A stretch of 64,000 nt of DNA, from assembly GCA_964016885.1 (NCBI GenBank), contig OZ024746.1, forward strand, positions 28,892,001-28,956,000, written 5' to 3'. Positions 14,161-28,599 of the stretch are shown here, one piece after another (within the stretch, counting starts at the first letter, position 1; each line of letters starts with the position of its first letter). A model generated the notes under the pieces. That model was not told where the DNA came from. It did not search any database and saw nothing but the letters and a program-made list of their open reading frames with translations. The DNA is from Eledone cirrhosa. Taxonomy: Eukaryota. Position numbers and translations under genes: made by a program.

Positions 14161-15354
14161 TTTGAAATCGTGACTGATATAAATGAAATCAGGAAAACGC
14201 CTTTAAATCTCATGTGATGTGAAAAACAAAAATGTAGAGTACATTTACCTTCAGTTTTTAAAGCACATATCATATTTCCGGGAATTTAATCGTCTATAAG
14301 AGTCGACAAAAGCATTTCTCTTGATAGGCAAATCAATCATTTTGAAATAACACGGAGAGAAACGGTCTGAACTGGATATTTTGTCACATCCATTTTAGAT
14401 TGTGTACATCAGGTATCAAGTGATAGAAAGATTATATTACTTGGCCATTAAATTTATGTCACTCTTGGAATGTAATTTGTAGTTGTAAAATATTGTAATA
14501 TAATTAAAATAAGAGGAAAAAGGGAAAATTCATATATAGAGAGAATGAAAGAATTGAAAATAGAGATTAATATAGCAGTTAAGTTAAATTTAATAATGGA
14601 TTCTTAATATGATTAAGGATACGAATCGCGTTCGTAAGAAAAGTTGGACATCTGTCATATATTTCGTGTCTGTCAGAGAAAATGGTGCTACACATTTATT
14701 ATGTCAGTGAATAGATGAGTAGATAGCAAGTTCGCTTCACAATCCTTTCAACTACATTATTTATTCATTACCAAATTACTAAATGTTTAACAGCGGCTGG
14801 CGAAGTGAATAGAAGCCGAAACATCTATATGGCCTTCAAAGTAACATGAGTAACTATTCTACTGCGACAAGTCTCGGGTAGCTGGATTTAATATAGCCTT
14901 GGGTTGACACAAGCTTTATGAATAAACGGAAACTGCGGAAGCCAACTTACGGATTGTAACTGTAATTCAGAGGCCCATCATGTTATATATCATATTATGT
15001 CACGTTGATTCAGTTAGTAAAATGCGATAAAGTACCAAAGTAGCACCTGTTTGTGAAGTACTCAAGTTATACATATATATATATAGTAATAATAATAATA
15101 ATAATAGTAATAATAATAAATTGGAAGACTAAAATGAAAAGAGGGCTCCATAAGGATAAATATACATCAAATATATAAGAACCGTAGAGCAAAGTATCGT
15201 CTTCCTGTCTTCCTCCGGTTGCAACGTTTTTTGAAATATCCACTTCTGCGTTTACAGATTGACTTTGTTAGTTTCAGAAGATCCCGTTAAGGGTGAAAGC
15301 AGCGATTCTTTGCTTAAACTTTAATCTGTTATTTTAATAAATATATATATATAT

Positions 15355-15400
<46 letters not shown>

Positions 15401-15406
<6 letters not shown>

Positions 15407-15525
15407 ACCTATTTCACTTAATTATTTTACATTACTCCGGAGTAAATAAACCAACCTGCGTGCTTCGTCGAGTGCTCCAATCTGCATACTGAGGTGTCGG
15501 TAAACAACCAACATATACTAAAAAA
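15401..15525 (+). mobile_element. 3' terminal fragment of a TA-inserted repeat (family G)
   Basis: Reverse complement of 47783-47905. Confidence 0.65.
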
Positions 15526-16021
15526 AAACTCGTTTTCGAGTAATACAATCGCTTGATACTTAAGCATAAGCAGCACAAATATAGTATTTTAGTCTTCCTA
15601 GGGACTACTTACATACAGCCAGCCACGCCATGCAATGCAAAAGATGTCACATTTGAAGCGATACATCTGCTTCAAACTTAAGTGAGGAAAGGTTTTGCAT
15701 GGAGTCAATCCCTCAACATCGACTGCATTTATCCAATAAGTAGAACTCGTCTACATCTTTGGATGCAAAGAAAGTCGCAGATTTTATATCAGAGTGGCCT
15801 TCTCCTAGAGAGATGTCTTAATTAAGACTAAGGGTCTCCCACTCCACAGCCACCCTAAAAAGTATTTTATTGGTAGGCTGTTTTTCATCCCGCAGCGTGT
15901 CCAATATACCATCCTTACCAAACGAGTTTCGTGCCGTATACCGTTAAATCACCGGCGACTCCATCATGCACAGGTTGTACTGGGTTATATGTTACCAGTA
16001 GCGCTAAAGGACGATTAGACA

Positions 16022-16077
<56 letters not shown>

Positions 16078-16329
16078 GTGCGTGTGTGTAGATATGTGTG
16101 TAGATATGTGTGTACACACACATACATATATCCATATATTGTGTATATAATTATATATATATGTGTAGTGTCTGTGTTTCTGTACGCAATGAGTGCAAAC
16201 ATTATTCTATTTGTTCCTTTGCCATTTAAATGTGTAAATATATGTTAGTGTGTCGTTATTTGTTACTATTTTGCGTTAGGTAATTGTATTTTCAAATTAA
16301 ACAGAAAACCTATCTCTTCACTACACACA

Positions 16330-16368
<39 letters not shown>

Positions 16369-16417
16369 CATATACATATGTATATATATATATACACATA
16401 TATGTATATATGTATAC

Positions 16418-16507
<90 letters not shown>

Positions 16508-16775
16508 TATATGTGTGTGTGTATATATATATTTACAACGATACATTTACTGAACCTGCACGCAACGAGACTTTACTACACAAAATGACCTTTTATTCAC
16601 CAGAAAACAACATAGTAGCCATTGACTAAATGTAATGCTTTAGTAAAAAGAAACAAAAAAAAAAGAAAACAAAAAGAAAACAAAATGGCTGAGAAAATCA
16701 TAAAATACTGAATGAACTCTTTTACGCTATTGTACTGTACAGAACATAGTTTTCTATACTTGAATATATATATAC

Positions 16776-16864
<89 letters not shown>

Positions 16865-16866
16865 TA

Positions 16867-16924
<58 letters not shown>

Positions 16925-17008
16925 CATATATATATATATATATACATACATATATATATATATATTTATATATATATATATATATATATTATATAGTACA
17001 CATATGTA

Positions 17009-17053
<45 letters not shown>

Positions 17054-17530
17054 GTCAGCTAGGGGGAAGAAAATTGTTTGTGGAAACTTTATGGATATGT
17101 ACTACCTGACATTGCCATCCATTTTATCATTCCTCATGTAGATTTTATATTATATATTTTATATTTTGTATTTATTGTTTTCTTGCTTTCTCTAATTTAA
17201 AAAAAAAAAAACATCACAAATAGCTGCATGTTTCTAAAATAATCTCCTCAAAAGTGTACTCAATACACACACCCACTATTATAATTTACATTCGCTACGA
17301 CGTATATTCCAAAGTAAAAGAGAAGACACAAACAAAAAATGTAAAGGCATTTCCGGTTAGTATTTTATGTTGATATGTCTGTTTTCATTACCTTTTAATT
17401 TTTTTTTCCCCAGCAATCTTTTCCAATACGCCTCTTTTCAATGAAAAGCTAATAAATGTAGGAATAAATGAATTTATATACACACATATTTATATATATA
17501 TCTAAATATATATATATATATGTATATGTG

Positions 17531-17591
<61 letters not shown>

Positions 17592-17595
17592 TGTC

Positions 17596-17676
<81 letters not shown>

Positions 17677-17678
17677 CT

Positions 17679-17823
<145 letters not shown>

Positions 17824-18024
17824 TTATGTATGCATGTATTTCATATATAAAGCCATTTCTGCATTTCATTTATATTAATCAATAACATTATTATAATATC
17901 AATAGTACATATACTTTCCTACACGCATACATACATGTAATATATGAAAATATCTAGGTATATATGTACGTATGTATGTATCATTCAATCTTTTTCTCTG
18001 AGTCTCTTTTTCTCTCTCTCTCTC

Positions 18025-18057
<33 letters not shown>

Positions 18058-18088
18058 TTATATATATACACACACACGTATATATATA

Positions 18089-18136
<48 letters not shown>

Positions 18137-18745
18137 CATATATCTTCTTCTTTAGGGGAAATATATATACACACATATATATATATATACATATATATAA
18201 TATATAAATGTATATATATATATGTTTGTGTGTGTGTGTATATATATATATATACATACATATATACATACGCACACCAAAGCTATTACGAAGAAGGAAA
18301 AAAAGATTAGCAGCACCTAAATATTATATACTATCACCAAGATGGAGACAAAACTAAATGGCCATAAATTGTGAACAAACACACACTGACACAGATACAC
18401 ACATAGCTACACCACACACACATACCATACACACACATACACATACAAACACACACACACACACTCACACATCCATAGATAGTTACGCCCATACATAGAC
18501 ACATGTATATGGTGCTTCTAACAACGCCTCAACACACAAATTCACACTTACATGCAAGGAAACCTCCTCCGAAAATACCTAACAGAAATATATTTGTATT
18601 CTACATACATTCTTTCAAATGTTTTATCACAAAATATATTGTATGTTGTATATATTGTATATATTCTATAGAGTCTTTTGTTATATAAATATAAAGAACG
18701 GATGAATAAATATATATCAACTTGATGGAATTCTGGGAAACACGC

Positions 18746-18781
<36 letters not shown>

Positions 18782-19088
18782 TAATTATGTACACGTACAT
18801 ACATATATGTATACAGACGTACAGTAGTACGTATATATATATATACATACATGCACACATATATATATATATGTACGTATGGATTCACCGAACATTTATT
18901 ATAATGCTCGGTGTGTTTGTAAACAAACATCCCGTATTAGGCCGTAGTGTCTAGCAACCACCGTTGCTCGTTTGTTCAACACTGACAAAGGAACGCTGTA
19001 CTAGTTTCAAGCTTATTAGCTATCGTCAGCAACGTATACCTTCCTGCCAGATTGTTGAACGTATATACTTACCTTATGCATATTAACG

Positions 19089-19138
<50 letters not shown>

Positions 19139-20433
19139 GTATACATATATATATAATGTATATATATATATATATGTGTGTGTGCGTGGGTATGGTATGT
19201 GTGTGTGGTGTAGCTGTTTTTTATATGTATCTCTATATATATATATATGCGCACACATATCTGTGTATATAGATCTTTATATGTATATGTATATACGTAA
19301 ATTCGTGCGTAATTATGTGTGTATGAGAGTGGGTGATGGTGTGTGTGTGGAGGGCTGTATCACATGCACTTTGCACTCCTCCAGATGAATGGTTGCCATA
19401 CAAAAAGTGGGAATCAAGATTTACAAAAGATTTGATGTTGTATTAATTCTCTATTCACCCAGAAGTCTAATTATTATAACAATAATTCATTATTAACAGA
19501 GAAATAATCCTAACATCAATTTATTAATAAAGAGGTAATAATTATAACATTGATTTACTATTTTCTTAAATTATAATCATGAAGTATTGGTATTTTTAAA
19601 TATGTAGTCTTTTAGGTGTAAATCTGTTTTATTAGCAAAAATGTGTGGAATTGATAGATAGAAACTGCTTGGAACCCATTTCATTGAAGGGGCCAGTTGT
19701 ATCATATACATTGTTGTAATGAATCTTCCTGAGAATTGCAGTAATTGTACACGTGTCTATTGAATGCTCAACCACTTACTCTCCAGGACAAGATCAATGA
19801 ACATATAATACATAGTGACAGACTTCTCCCACTATGTGTCATGTTGAATCTCCCTGAGAGATACTGGTATCTGTGGAACACCATAATGTTCTTTTCATCA
19901 AATGCCTAGTTCCAGCCTTGTCACACACACAGTCACACTGATTCTTTCTGAGATTTAGATTAAGGATATAAGGGTACATGTGATTGTGGAATGCTCAGTC
20001 ACTTCCACGCTAATTTCAGGACCAGGATCTTACTTTAATTGAACAACTGGAACTTTCGATTCTAATATCTTCATTGTCTAGCGAATCCTTCACTTTTTAA
20101 CAGGATAATTAAGCCTCTTTCTACCATGTCAAGTGATAACTCAAACACTCCCGCACCTGGTCACAAGTTGCTTTGTTTCCCATCAAGTCACACCTATTTC
20201 ATATAATATTCTTCTATTCTTTTACCATTTTCCTTGTTTCAGCCCTTATGCTAGGGCACTATATTTGATTAGACCCCAGTACTATCACTTCTCTATAGAA
20301 ATATTAAGTTACGATATAAATGCACTGATACATACACAAACGTCAACAGAGATACAGACACACACACACAAATATATATATATATATATATACGATATTA
20401 AATAAATGGAAACTATATTTATAAAACCATATT

Positions 20434-20499
20434 TATTCTACTATATATATTTCAGGGATATCATATTAAAAATATGGTATGCCTTCATCAGACAAAATA
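20434..20499 (-). ncRNA. Type I minimal hammerhead ribozyme (family C)
   Basis: Mirror of 20583-20648. Confidence 0.7.
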
Positions 20500-20582
20500 C
20501 AATATAAACAAATCAACTTTTTAAATGGAAGTTGAAGTGTAAGGTATGTCAAATCTATCTATTTATAAGACTGTTTATATTG

Positions 20583-20648
20583 TATTTTGTCTGATGAAGG
20601 CATACCATATTTTTAATATGATATCCCTGAAATATATATAGTGGAATA
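20583..20648 (+). ncRNA. Type I minimal hammerhead ribozyme (family C)
   Basis: tattttgt CTGATGA agg cataccatatt..aatatgatat ccct GAAA tatata TA gtggaata; stem I is GU-rich. Confidence 0.7.
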
Positions 20649-20774
20649 AATATGGTTTTATAAATATAGTTTCCATTTATTTAATATCGTAAATATACTT
20701 CAAATACTTGTTGAGTGCTTTTATATCAGTTATAAATATTTACTCGTTGTAACCCAACAATTTAAATAAAACTT

Positions 20775-20827
<53 letters not shown>

Positions 20828-21025
20828 TCCTGACTCGGTTTTCTTCGTTGCTCTGGTCCCAGCGGCTCGCCTTTCAGTCGCTGTCTTCAATTTGCATAGC
20901 TGTCTAAACGTAATGTTATAACTCTAAGGTAAACTTCCTTATTGTGTGTTTAAGCTGCACATCCCGACTGCATTCGTTAGCTTGGCTACAGTCAGAGCCT
21001 CGATTATGCTGTACTTCCTCTTTGC

Positions 21026-21107
<82 letters not shown>

Positions 21108-21176
21108 ATTATTATTAAGTGTAATGAATTCTTTTACAATGGAATTAGCTCGAAGAAAGAAATATTTCTGAGCCGT

Positions 21177-21355
21177 GTATAAACTAATATATATGATGAA
21201 ACACAGATACCAACACATCCGTATTTATATTGCAAAAGAAAATTTAGCCAGAATGAAGTATACTAATTATTATACTACAGTTTGTCCATTTCGATTTAAA
21301 ATAATAAATCAATATAAATACGGATGTGTTGGTATCTGTGTTTCATCATATATAT

Positions 21356-21364
<9 letters not shown>
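21177..21364. repeat. Inverted repeat, ~55 bp arms around a ~78 bp spacer, next to (TA)n
   Basis: tataaactaatatatatgatgaaacacagataccaacacatccgtatttatattg and its exact reverse complement. Confidence 0.85.
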
Positions 21365-21438
<74 letters not shown>

Positions 21439-21439
21439 C

Positions 21440-21489
<50 letters not shown>

Positions 21490-21490
<1 letters not shown>

Positions 21491-21764
21491 CAAAAGGGAT
21501 ATTGAATTTGTTGGTAATTCAACAAATATAAATGTTTATAACTGATTCAGAGCACTCGACAAGTTTTCTGGAGTATAATATTCAATGATATTAAATAAAT
21601 GGTAACTATATTTATAAAACCATATTTATTCTATTATATATATTTCAAAGGTACCAAAACTTTGGTACGCTTTCATCAGATAAAATACAAAGTTTGTTTT
21701 ATAAATTTTGACATAACCAAGAAAAGATACCTTAACGGTTCAAATTTTCCTTGAATTTTCCTTG
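21490..21764 (-). mobile_element. Family C PLE 3' fragment without inverted arm
   Basis: Similar to 20391-20777; related decayed copies at about 30630-30813 and 37334-37522. Confidence 0.7.
21627..21687 (-). ncRNA. Type I minimal hammerhead ribozyme (family C variant)
   Basis: Minus: tattttat CTGATGA aagcgtaccaaagttttggtaccttt GAAA tatata TA atagaata; stem II differs in sequence from 20583 but still pairs. Confidence 0.8.
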
Positions 21765-21833
21765 TGTGTGTGTGTATATATATATATTATTGCTCTGTGG
21801 ATTACTAATTGCAGCCTTTATATCAAATTCGGT

Positions 21834-22334
21834 ATATGTGTGTTTATGTATATATACATAAACACGCATATACCGAATAATATATATATAAACACACATA
21901 TACCGAATAATATATATAGAAAACATGAATGGAATAGCAACATCACAACTTACAATTAAGGACAAAATGAAAATACACACACACATAGAACAAACAACCA
22001 ACCAGTAACATGTAAATAAACAAATAAATAAACAAATATAAACACACACAGACACCCGGATGTAACACATGCGCAAACTAAGCACACAACACACACAAAA
22101 ACAAGATGGCGTAGGACAGAACAAAGGAGAGGTACAAAAACAAAGAAAAGAATCCCAGTCACTGAAGAGGCCACAGAATGTGTGACGAAAGAACTTTGAC
22201 AATATATGAAGAATCGTCTGGTTGTGGAACCAACCAACCAGCCGGAAATTTATAAATTCTTAAATTTATAAATTTAATTTATAATAAATTGGAGTGAATG
22301 CAACTGGTGCGTGTGCTTCTTATTGGCAACATGA
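21834..22334 (+). mobile_element. Family D PLE 3' UTR fragment
   Basis: Ends in atgaccctcccaaagcataacaata as do 27360, 28557 and 55994; contains an HHR. Confidence 0.65.
22158..22200 (+). ncRNA. Type I minimal hammerhead ribozyme (family D)
   Basis: gtca CTGAAGA g gccaca gaatg tgtgac GAAA gaac TT tgac. Confidence 0.65.
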
Positions 22335-22357
22335 CCCTCCCAAAGCATAACAATATA

Positions 22358-22421
<64 letters not shown>

Positions 22422-23304
22422 CTCTGTGGATTACTAATTGCAGCCTTTATATAAAATTCGGTGATGAATTTCAACCAGGTATTTACTATATTTACTCCAT
22501 TGAATACGTTGAATATTATTATATAGTAACTGTCACTTTCCTTTTTGTTACATACGTCCACTGTAAAGTGCAATAACGTATACCTGACTCCAAATAACTT
22601 TAACCTATACCCTATCTTGCAAATATATCTTTACAGGAAAATTCGTATTTTCTGGCGTGTTTACATGCCTATATATTAAAAATGTGTATGGTTATACACA
22701 CATTGGTGCTGTTTCGCTTACCTACTCTGTATATATGCAGATATAACCTTATCCTACCCTTTGGCTACTTAGACCATTTCTTAATATATGTATGTTTATA
22801 TATACATATATATATATATTGGTCAACTGAAGGTTATAGTAGAAGACAATTACCCAATGTGCCGAACATCTTAATTGAACCCTAAACCAATTAGTTACAA
22901 AGAAAAATCCTTAACTACACAGCCATGCCAGATACATTTTTTTTAATATTATGTCTTAAATTAATAACGTTAAATAAGGCTTCGTGTATGATAAAATATT
23001 AAACATTAACTAAATGGAAAATTTGAATGGTAAAAAAATAATCACTTTTCGTGATGTTAATCTTTATATTACACATGCTGAATAACAAAAATGTTGCTTT
23101 TAAAAAGCGACGACGATCAACGAACGATAGAGAGGCTCTTAACAGCAGGAAAAGAAGAGAAAAAATAATTTTCCATTGCTGGTGATGTTTTCACTGGAAT
23201 GTAATAAATATTTTATTTACTGCATCAGAATTACTTAACATGAAAAAATAATATAATATCCATTCTACAATTTATCTATTTATTTATGTATGTATAACAC
23301 ACAG

Positions 23305-23348
<44 letters not shown>

Positions 23349-23414
23349 CATATTTATAAATATATGTATGTATATATGTGTGTGGGTGTGTGGTGGGTGT
23401 GTGTATGTATATAT

Positions 23415-23493
<79 letters not shown>

Positions 23494-25359
23494 CCATTAA
23501 TACATACATACATACAAACACAAGTTCATATATTTATTATCATTTATTCATGTATAATTTTTTCAACTTCCTTTCAACAAACCATATTTTTAAAGCAGTT
23601 TTATATCTGCAACTTATTACAGATTAGTCGTCAAATTAAAAGCAAATTTGCTGATATATTATACGTGCAGAAGCAAAATATGAGACAAGTTGCATGCTTC
23701 ATATTTATTCTCTTTATAGGGTTTATAATGGCTTCTAATCTAGCAAAAAGGCCAGCAACTTAAGTTGAACCCCCACGAGGATCAGCTGAAAGGTTCATAG
23801 GCTGACGAAGCTACTCTCATGGAATGACTTTTCAACATATTTCCTGGAAGGAAACAATGCAGTTATTAATAAGAAGAGTTGAAATTTATGCATGCAAGAT
23901 TTCACAGCGTTAGCATCGCTCCTTCATAGTCAGTCTATGAACGTTTCCCTATTTTATTGATAGTGGTTGGAAAAGAATCAGTGTTGACCTTGGAGGTATT
24001 TGAACTAAGAGTTCAGAGTACCGGAACGAATACTGTGAAGCGTTTTATCTGATGCGCTAACGATTCTACCAATATGCGTTAGAATGAGAAAAAGTTATAT
24101 TCAAAGATTCTCAAGTTAGTTAATGAAACCCGTCCCAGAGAGTTAGCCTCTAGTAATGTAACCTCAACAATGACTTTGATTATTTCTTTGAAGTTATCTC
24201 TGTATCTATAATTGACTTAAAGAAATCACCGAGGGATTCCATCCATAGTGTTTTAATTCGTGATGGCTTTTTGTACTTAAGCCTAACTGAAAAGGGATAA
24301 AAGTATTGAAACACTAGTGTTTGGACATCTCACACGACAAGTGAGTTTTAATCAGATCGGAATATATCCAGAATTGCTACCATCGTTGTCAAAAGACCAG
24401 ATTAAAGTAATATAAGTCAGCAAGATAATATTTTCAATTTCCTCACCTCATGCGCTATTATTCATACTTCTTTTTCGATTTAAATGCTGAGCTCTCAATT
24501 GTTTCATTAAGTGAACCTCCGAACCGTGAATTAACGAAAAGATGGTTAAGTATTTCTCAGATACCTATGCCCTTAACTGAATTCCAATGAGGATTCAACG
24601 TTATACAGTATGTGATGTAACAGCGCCTCTGAATTACAGATACAACTGAGTTGACAGGTTTCTACGACTTCAACAGAACTGAGGTATGCCACACAGTAGG
24701 ATAAAACCCTGGACCTCATAATTTCTAAACGAATTTAACTATTAATGTATGCCTGTATTTAAAGCTCGGCCTTTGAATTATATATGCAATCCATCCAACG
24801 GGGGCTTCTACGCAATTTCCGTCTAAAAAGGATACAGGGTTTGGTTCAAACGGTGGCTATTGTAAATGACATGTGACTAACATGTTATGCAGTTGGATTG
24901 AACCTTGGAGCTGAGATTTGTAAAACGAACCTCTAGACCACGACTATCTCTTTACAGTTTCTGTTACTGCATTAATTGAAGACCTAAACATATCCGCAAT
25001 CCACTTCAACATTCGTTAGTCCTTTCTTCTCATTTATACAATACAATAACTGGATTATCTATAATTATATTATATAGATATATATGATTATACTATCGGT
25101 GAGAATTAGAAAAGTATGAATGGCATGAAGATATGGATGAAATCATATGAAATCGGCTTTAAGTGAACAGTTAATATATCTAGTTACACGGTAAGAGGGA
25201 GATGTGGTGTTTACTCTAATCAGTTTCTCGCGGGTTGTATTTATGCCTGAGCTTTGTTTGGATCCATTTATAGATCTCTAAATTATTTATTAATTTATGA
25301 GATAAAATCACACAGATTGAGAGTGAATCAGTTTGGAATGAATTACAAGTATTGTCAAA

Positions 25360-25635
25360 TGATAGCAAAATTATGTTATTTGATAGTTAAATGTGATGAG
25401 AGATATAATGTGAATAGGTAGCTAAAGGTGATGAGAGATGTTATGTCAACCGGTAGCTAAATATTACGATCGTGTTCATATGAATAGATAGCTAATGAAA
25501 ATGAGTGTTGTAATGTAAGTTTGTAGTTGAATGTAATGAGTGTTGTGACGTGAACAGATAGTTAAAAGTAATTAGAGTTGTAACGTAAATGGGTAGCTAA
25601 TAGTAACGAGCGTATGATGGGAATGGGTAATAGGA
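25360..25635. repeat. Degenerate ~35 bp minisatellite, about 7-8 units
   Basis: Periodic gRtagYtaa..tgatgagag.tg..atgtgaa. Confidence 0.7.
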
Positions 25636-25698
25636 AATATTTAATGCCTGTTTACTTTGTTTACTAAACAAACGTATAAAGTAGATTGTTCATATACC

Positions 25699-25769
<71 letters not shown>

Positions 25770-25894
25770 CGCTGAAAGAGATAGAATGCTGGACTGTAAG
25801 ATGAGGTAACGAAAAGTAAAAGTTACCTGGTAATCTTTGCTGTTCCTGTTGACGTTGTTGTTCTTTTTCTTTTATCTGTCGAATATAACATTTC

Positions 25895-25937
<43 letters not shown>

Positions 25938-26050
25938 AGATAAGCAGAACAAGTAAAATTCAACCAATTTTTCAAAATAAATCAAAATTAATATACAATT
26001 AAAATTAATCAAAATTAAAAAATATAATATAAATATTTACCTATTCAAAT

Positions 26051-26132
26051 GGCCCTAACTGTACAGTTTCACGGTGCAAAACATTAAATATCACGAGGAT
26101 ATTAATGGAAAAGCAACGATCATCAGAGAAGC
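26051..26132 (-). ncRNA. Type I hammerhead ribozyme in a TA-flanked element (about 25936-26275)
   Basis: Minus: gcttct CTGATGA tcgttgc..cattaatatc..gatatttaatg..gcaccgt GAAA ctgtacag TT agggcc; palindromic stem III. Confidence 0.65.
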
Positions 26133-26271
26133 ATTTTCCTGTCCTAGGGTTAAAAACCCCAGGAACGACAAAATATATGACCTCACTCCAACTAAAACAG
26201 GTCTAAAAGGTCGTGAAAGTGACCCGTAAATACATTGGTGTATAGTGAAGGCGGGAAATCGTAGACTAGCC

Positions 26272-26339
<68 letters not shown>

Positions 26340-27400
26340 ATATTGTTATACTTGGGAAGGGTCATATTTGCGTAATATTGCCAGAATTAATAACAGAACA
26401 CACTCACTGTTTGGTTGGTTTTCGCTTCTCGCTGTCTTTTATATCTGCGATCTAACTTACTCGGTCCTCAATGTTGCCATTGACTGACCGGCGGTCAAAA
26501 ATAATACAGATACAATATAGACACAAACACATATATATAGTTTACATAATTTACATAAATCTTTCGTTGCACATCTGCAACATCGTCAGTGGTGTTATAT
26601 TCTTTGTTCCTCCTGTTGTGTTGTATGTCTACGCCATTTTTTATTCAGTCTGTCTATATATTTATTTATTTATTTTATTTTTTTATTTTATTTTGTCTTC
26701 TTTGCGCATGCGTTTGCGTGTGTGTATAGTGTTATGTGTGCTGTGTAACTAGTGTGTATAGTGTTGTGTCTGCTGGGTGACTAGTGTGTGTTTATGTGCT
26801 TGTTGTTATTGTGCTTGTGTATGTATTTATTTATCTTATTTTATTTTATTTTTCTTTATCTTATTTTATTTTATTTTATTTTAAGCACAATAACAACAAG
26901 CACATAAACACACACTAGTCACCCAGCAGACACAACACTATACACACTAGTCACACAGCACACATAACACTATACACACACGCAAACGCATGCGCAAAGA
27001 AGACAAAATAAAATTTTAAAAAATAAAATAAATAAATAAATATATAGACAGACTGAATAAAAAATGGCGTAGACATACAACACAACAGGAGGAACAAAGA
27101 ATATAACACCACTGACGATGTTGCAGATGTGCAACGAAAGATTTATGTAAATTATGTAAACTATATATATGTGTTTGTGTCTATATTGTATCTGTATTAT
27201 TTTTGACCGTCGGTCAGTCAATGGCAACATTGAGGACCGAGTAAGTTAGATCGCAGATATAAAAGACAGCGAGAAGCGAAAACCAACCAAACAGTGAGTG
27301 TGTTCTGTTATTAATTCTGGCAATATTACGCAAATATGACCCTCCCCAAGTATAACAATATTTGTTTCGACACACGATTTCATATAAAAAAAACTCGCTA

Positions 27401-27403
<3 letters not shown>
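26340..27403 (+). mobile_element. ~1 kb palindromic PLE remnant (family D) in (TA)n
   Basis: Arms about 26340-26816 and 26883-27360 are near identical; HHR cores at about 26552-26593 (-) and 27108-27149 (+); 43 bp unpaired tail. Confidence 0.85.
27108..27149 (+). ncRNA. Hammerhead core (family D), stem I eroded
   Basis: ca CTGACGA t gttgca gatg tgcaac GAAA gatt TA tg. Confidence 0.55.
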
Positions 27404-27440
<37 letters not shown>

Positions 27441-27444
<4 letters not shown>

Positions 27445-27880
27445 AAATATACCCCTTTAAGAAAACCCACTGTGCAAATAAGCAATGTGTTATATGTAAA
27501 ATGAACCCCCAGATAAATTGTAAAACTAGAAATGTAGTCTATAGCATACGATGTACAGAGGCTACTTGCAGAAACATTACAACTACATACATAGGCGAGA
27601 CAGCTCGAAGCATAGGAGAAAGAATAGACCAAAACTGGGGGTTAATAAAAGCACAAAAAACGGTTCAGTACTATATGATCACGTCAAACAAAGACATGAC
27701 GGTAATATAGACAACATTGAAATTAAAATAATATCTAAGCATAGAAATGATTCTACAGGTAGGCAAATCAGAGAAGCAACTGAGATAGAGCTTAGAAGAC
27801 CAAAGTTCAACAGAAATAATGAATGGAATAACAGCAACAACCAAACCCAAACAATCACTACTGACTTAAGGGAAATATAA
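27441..27880 (+). pseudogene. Frameshifted GIY-YIG endonuclease of a Penelope-like element with Cys-rich linker
   Basis: HCANKQCVICKMNPQINCKTRNVVYSIRCTEATC..YIGETARSIGERI, then in another frame SVLYDHVKQRH..RQIREATEIELRRPKFNRNNEW. Confidence 0.85.
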
Positions 27881-28127
27881 ATAAATAAATAAATAAATAT
27901 ATACACAAGTACAATAACAACAAACAGATATAAACACACACTAGTGAACAAAGATAGAATACAAAAACAAAAACACATACACTCAAATGCGAACACAAGC
28001 ACCGAACATTATACACACACGCAAACGCATGCGCAGAGACAGAGACAAGAATGAGTAAATAAATTAATTAATTAATTAAATAAAAATGGCGTAGACATTA
28101 CAATACAATAATAAGGGACCATAATAG

Positions 28128-28171
28128 TATCACTGATGATGTTGCAGATGTGCAACGAAAGAACTTTGATA
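28128..28171 (+). ncRNA. Type I minimal hammerhead ribozyme (family D)
   Basis: tatca CTGATGA t gttgca gatg tgcaac GAAA gaac TT tgata. Confidence 0.75.
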
Positions 28172-28187
28172 GACTATATATATATAT

Positions 28188-28380
28188 AACGAAGGAAATG
28201 TGGTAAGGAACCAGGTGGACCATAACGCACCAAAGTACTCAATACTTAGGGTAGTAGAGTGGGTAATAGGAACGAGTTGGACCCCGACGGCTGAGCTCAA
28301 GCCGTTTCGACGGCTAATTCTGGACCAGAATTAGCCGTCGAAACGGCTTGAGCTCAGCCGTCGGGGTCCTACTCGTTCCT
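28188..28380 (-). mobile_element. Family A hairpin element nested in a TA run of the PLE 3' UTR
   Basis: ~55 bp arm hairpin plus ~80 bp tail; near identical to the copies at 34314, 41004 and 43355. Confidence 0.85.
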
Positions 28381-28599
28381 ATATATATATATATGTATTT
28401 TTAACCGCTGCTCAATCAATGATAAACATTGATTACCAAATCAATTAACTATGGAGATATAAAAGATACAGAAGCGAAAACCAACCAAACAGTGAGTGTG
28501 TTCTGTTATTATTTCTGGAAATATTATAACAATATGACCCTCCCAAGTATAACAATATTTGTTTCGACACACGATTTCATATCATAAACCTTGAAAAAC

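Larger units (their letters stand above)
20391..20777 (+). mobile_element. PLE-derived foldback element (family C) in (TA)n
   Basis: Arms about 20391-20510 and 20572-20691, an HHR in each arm, ~85 bp unpaired tail. Confidence 0.8.
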
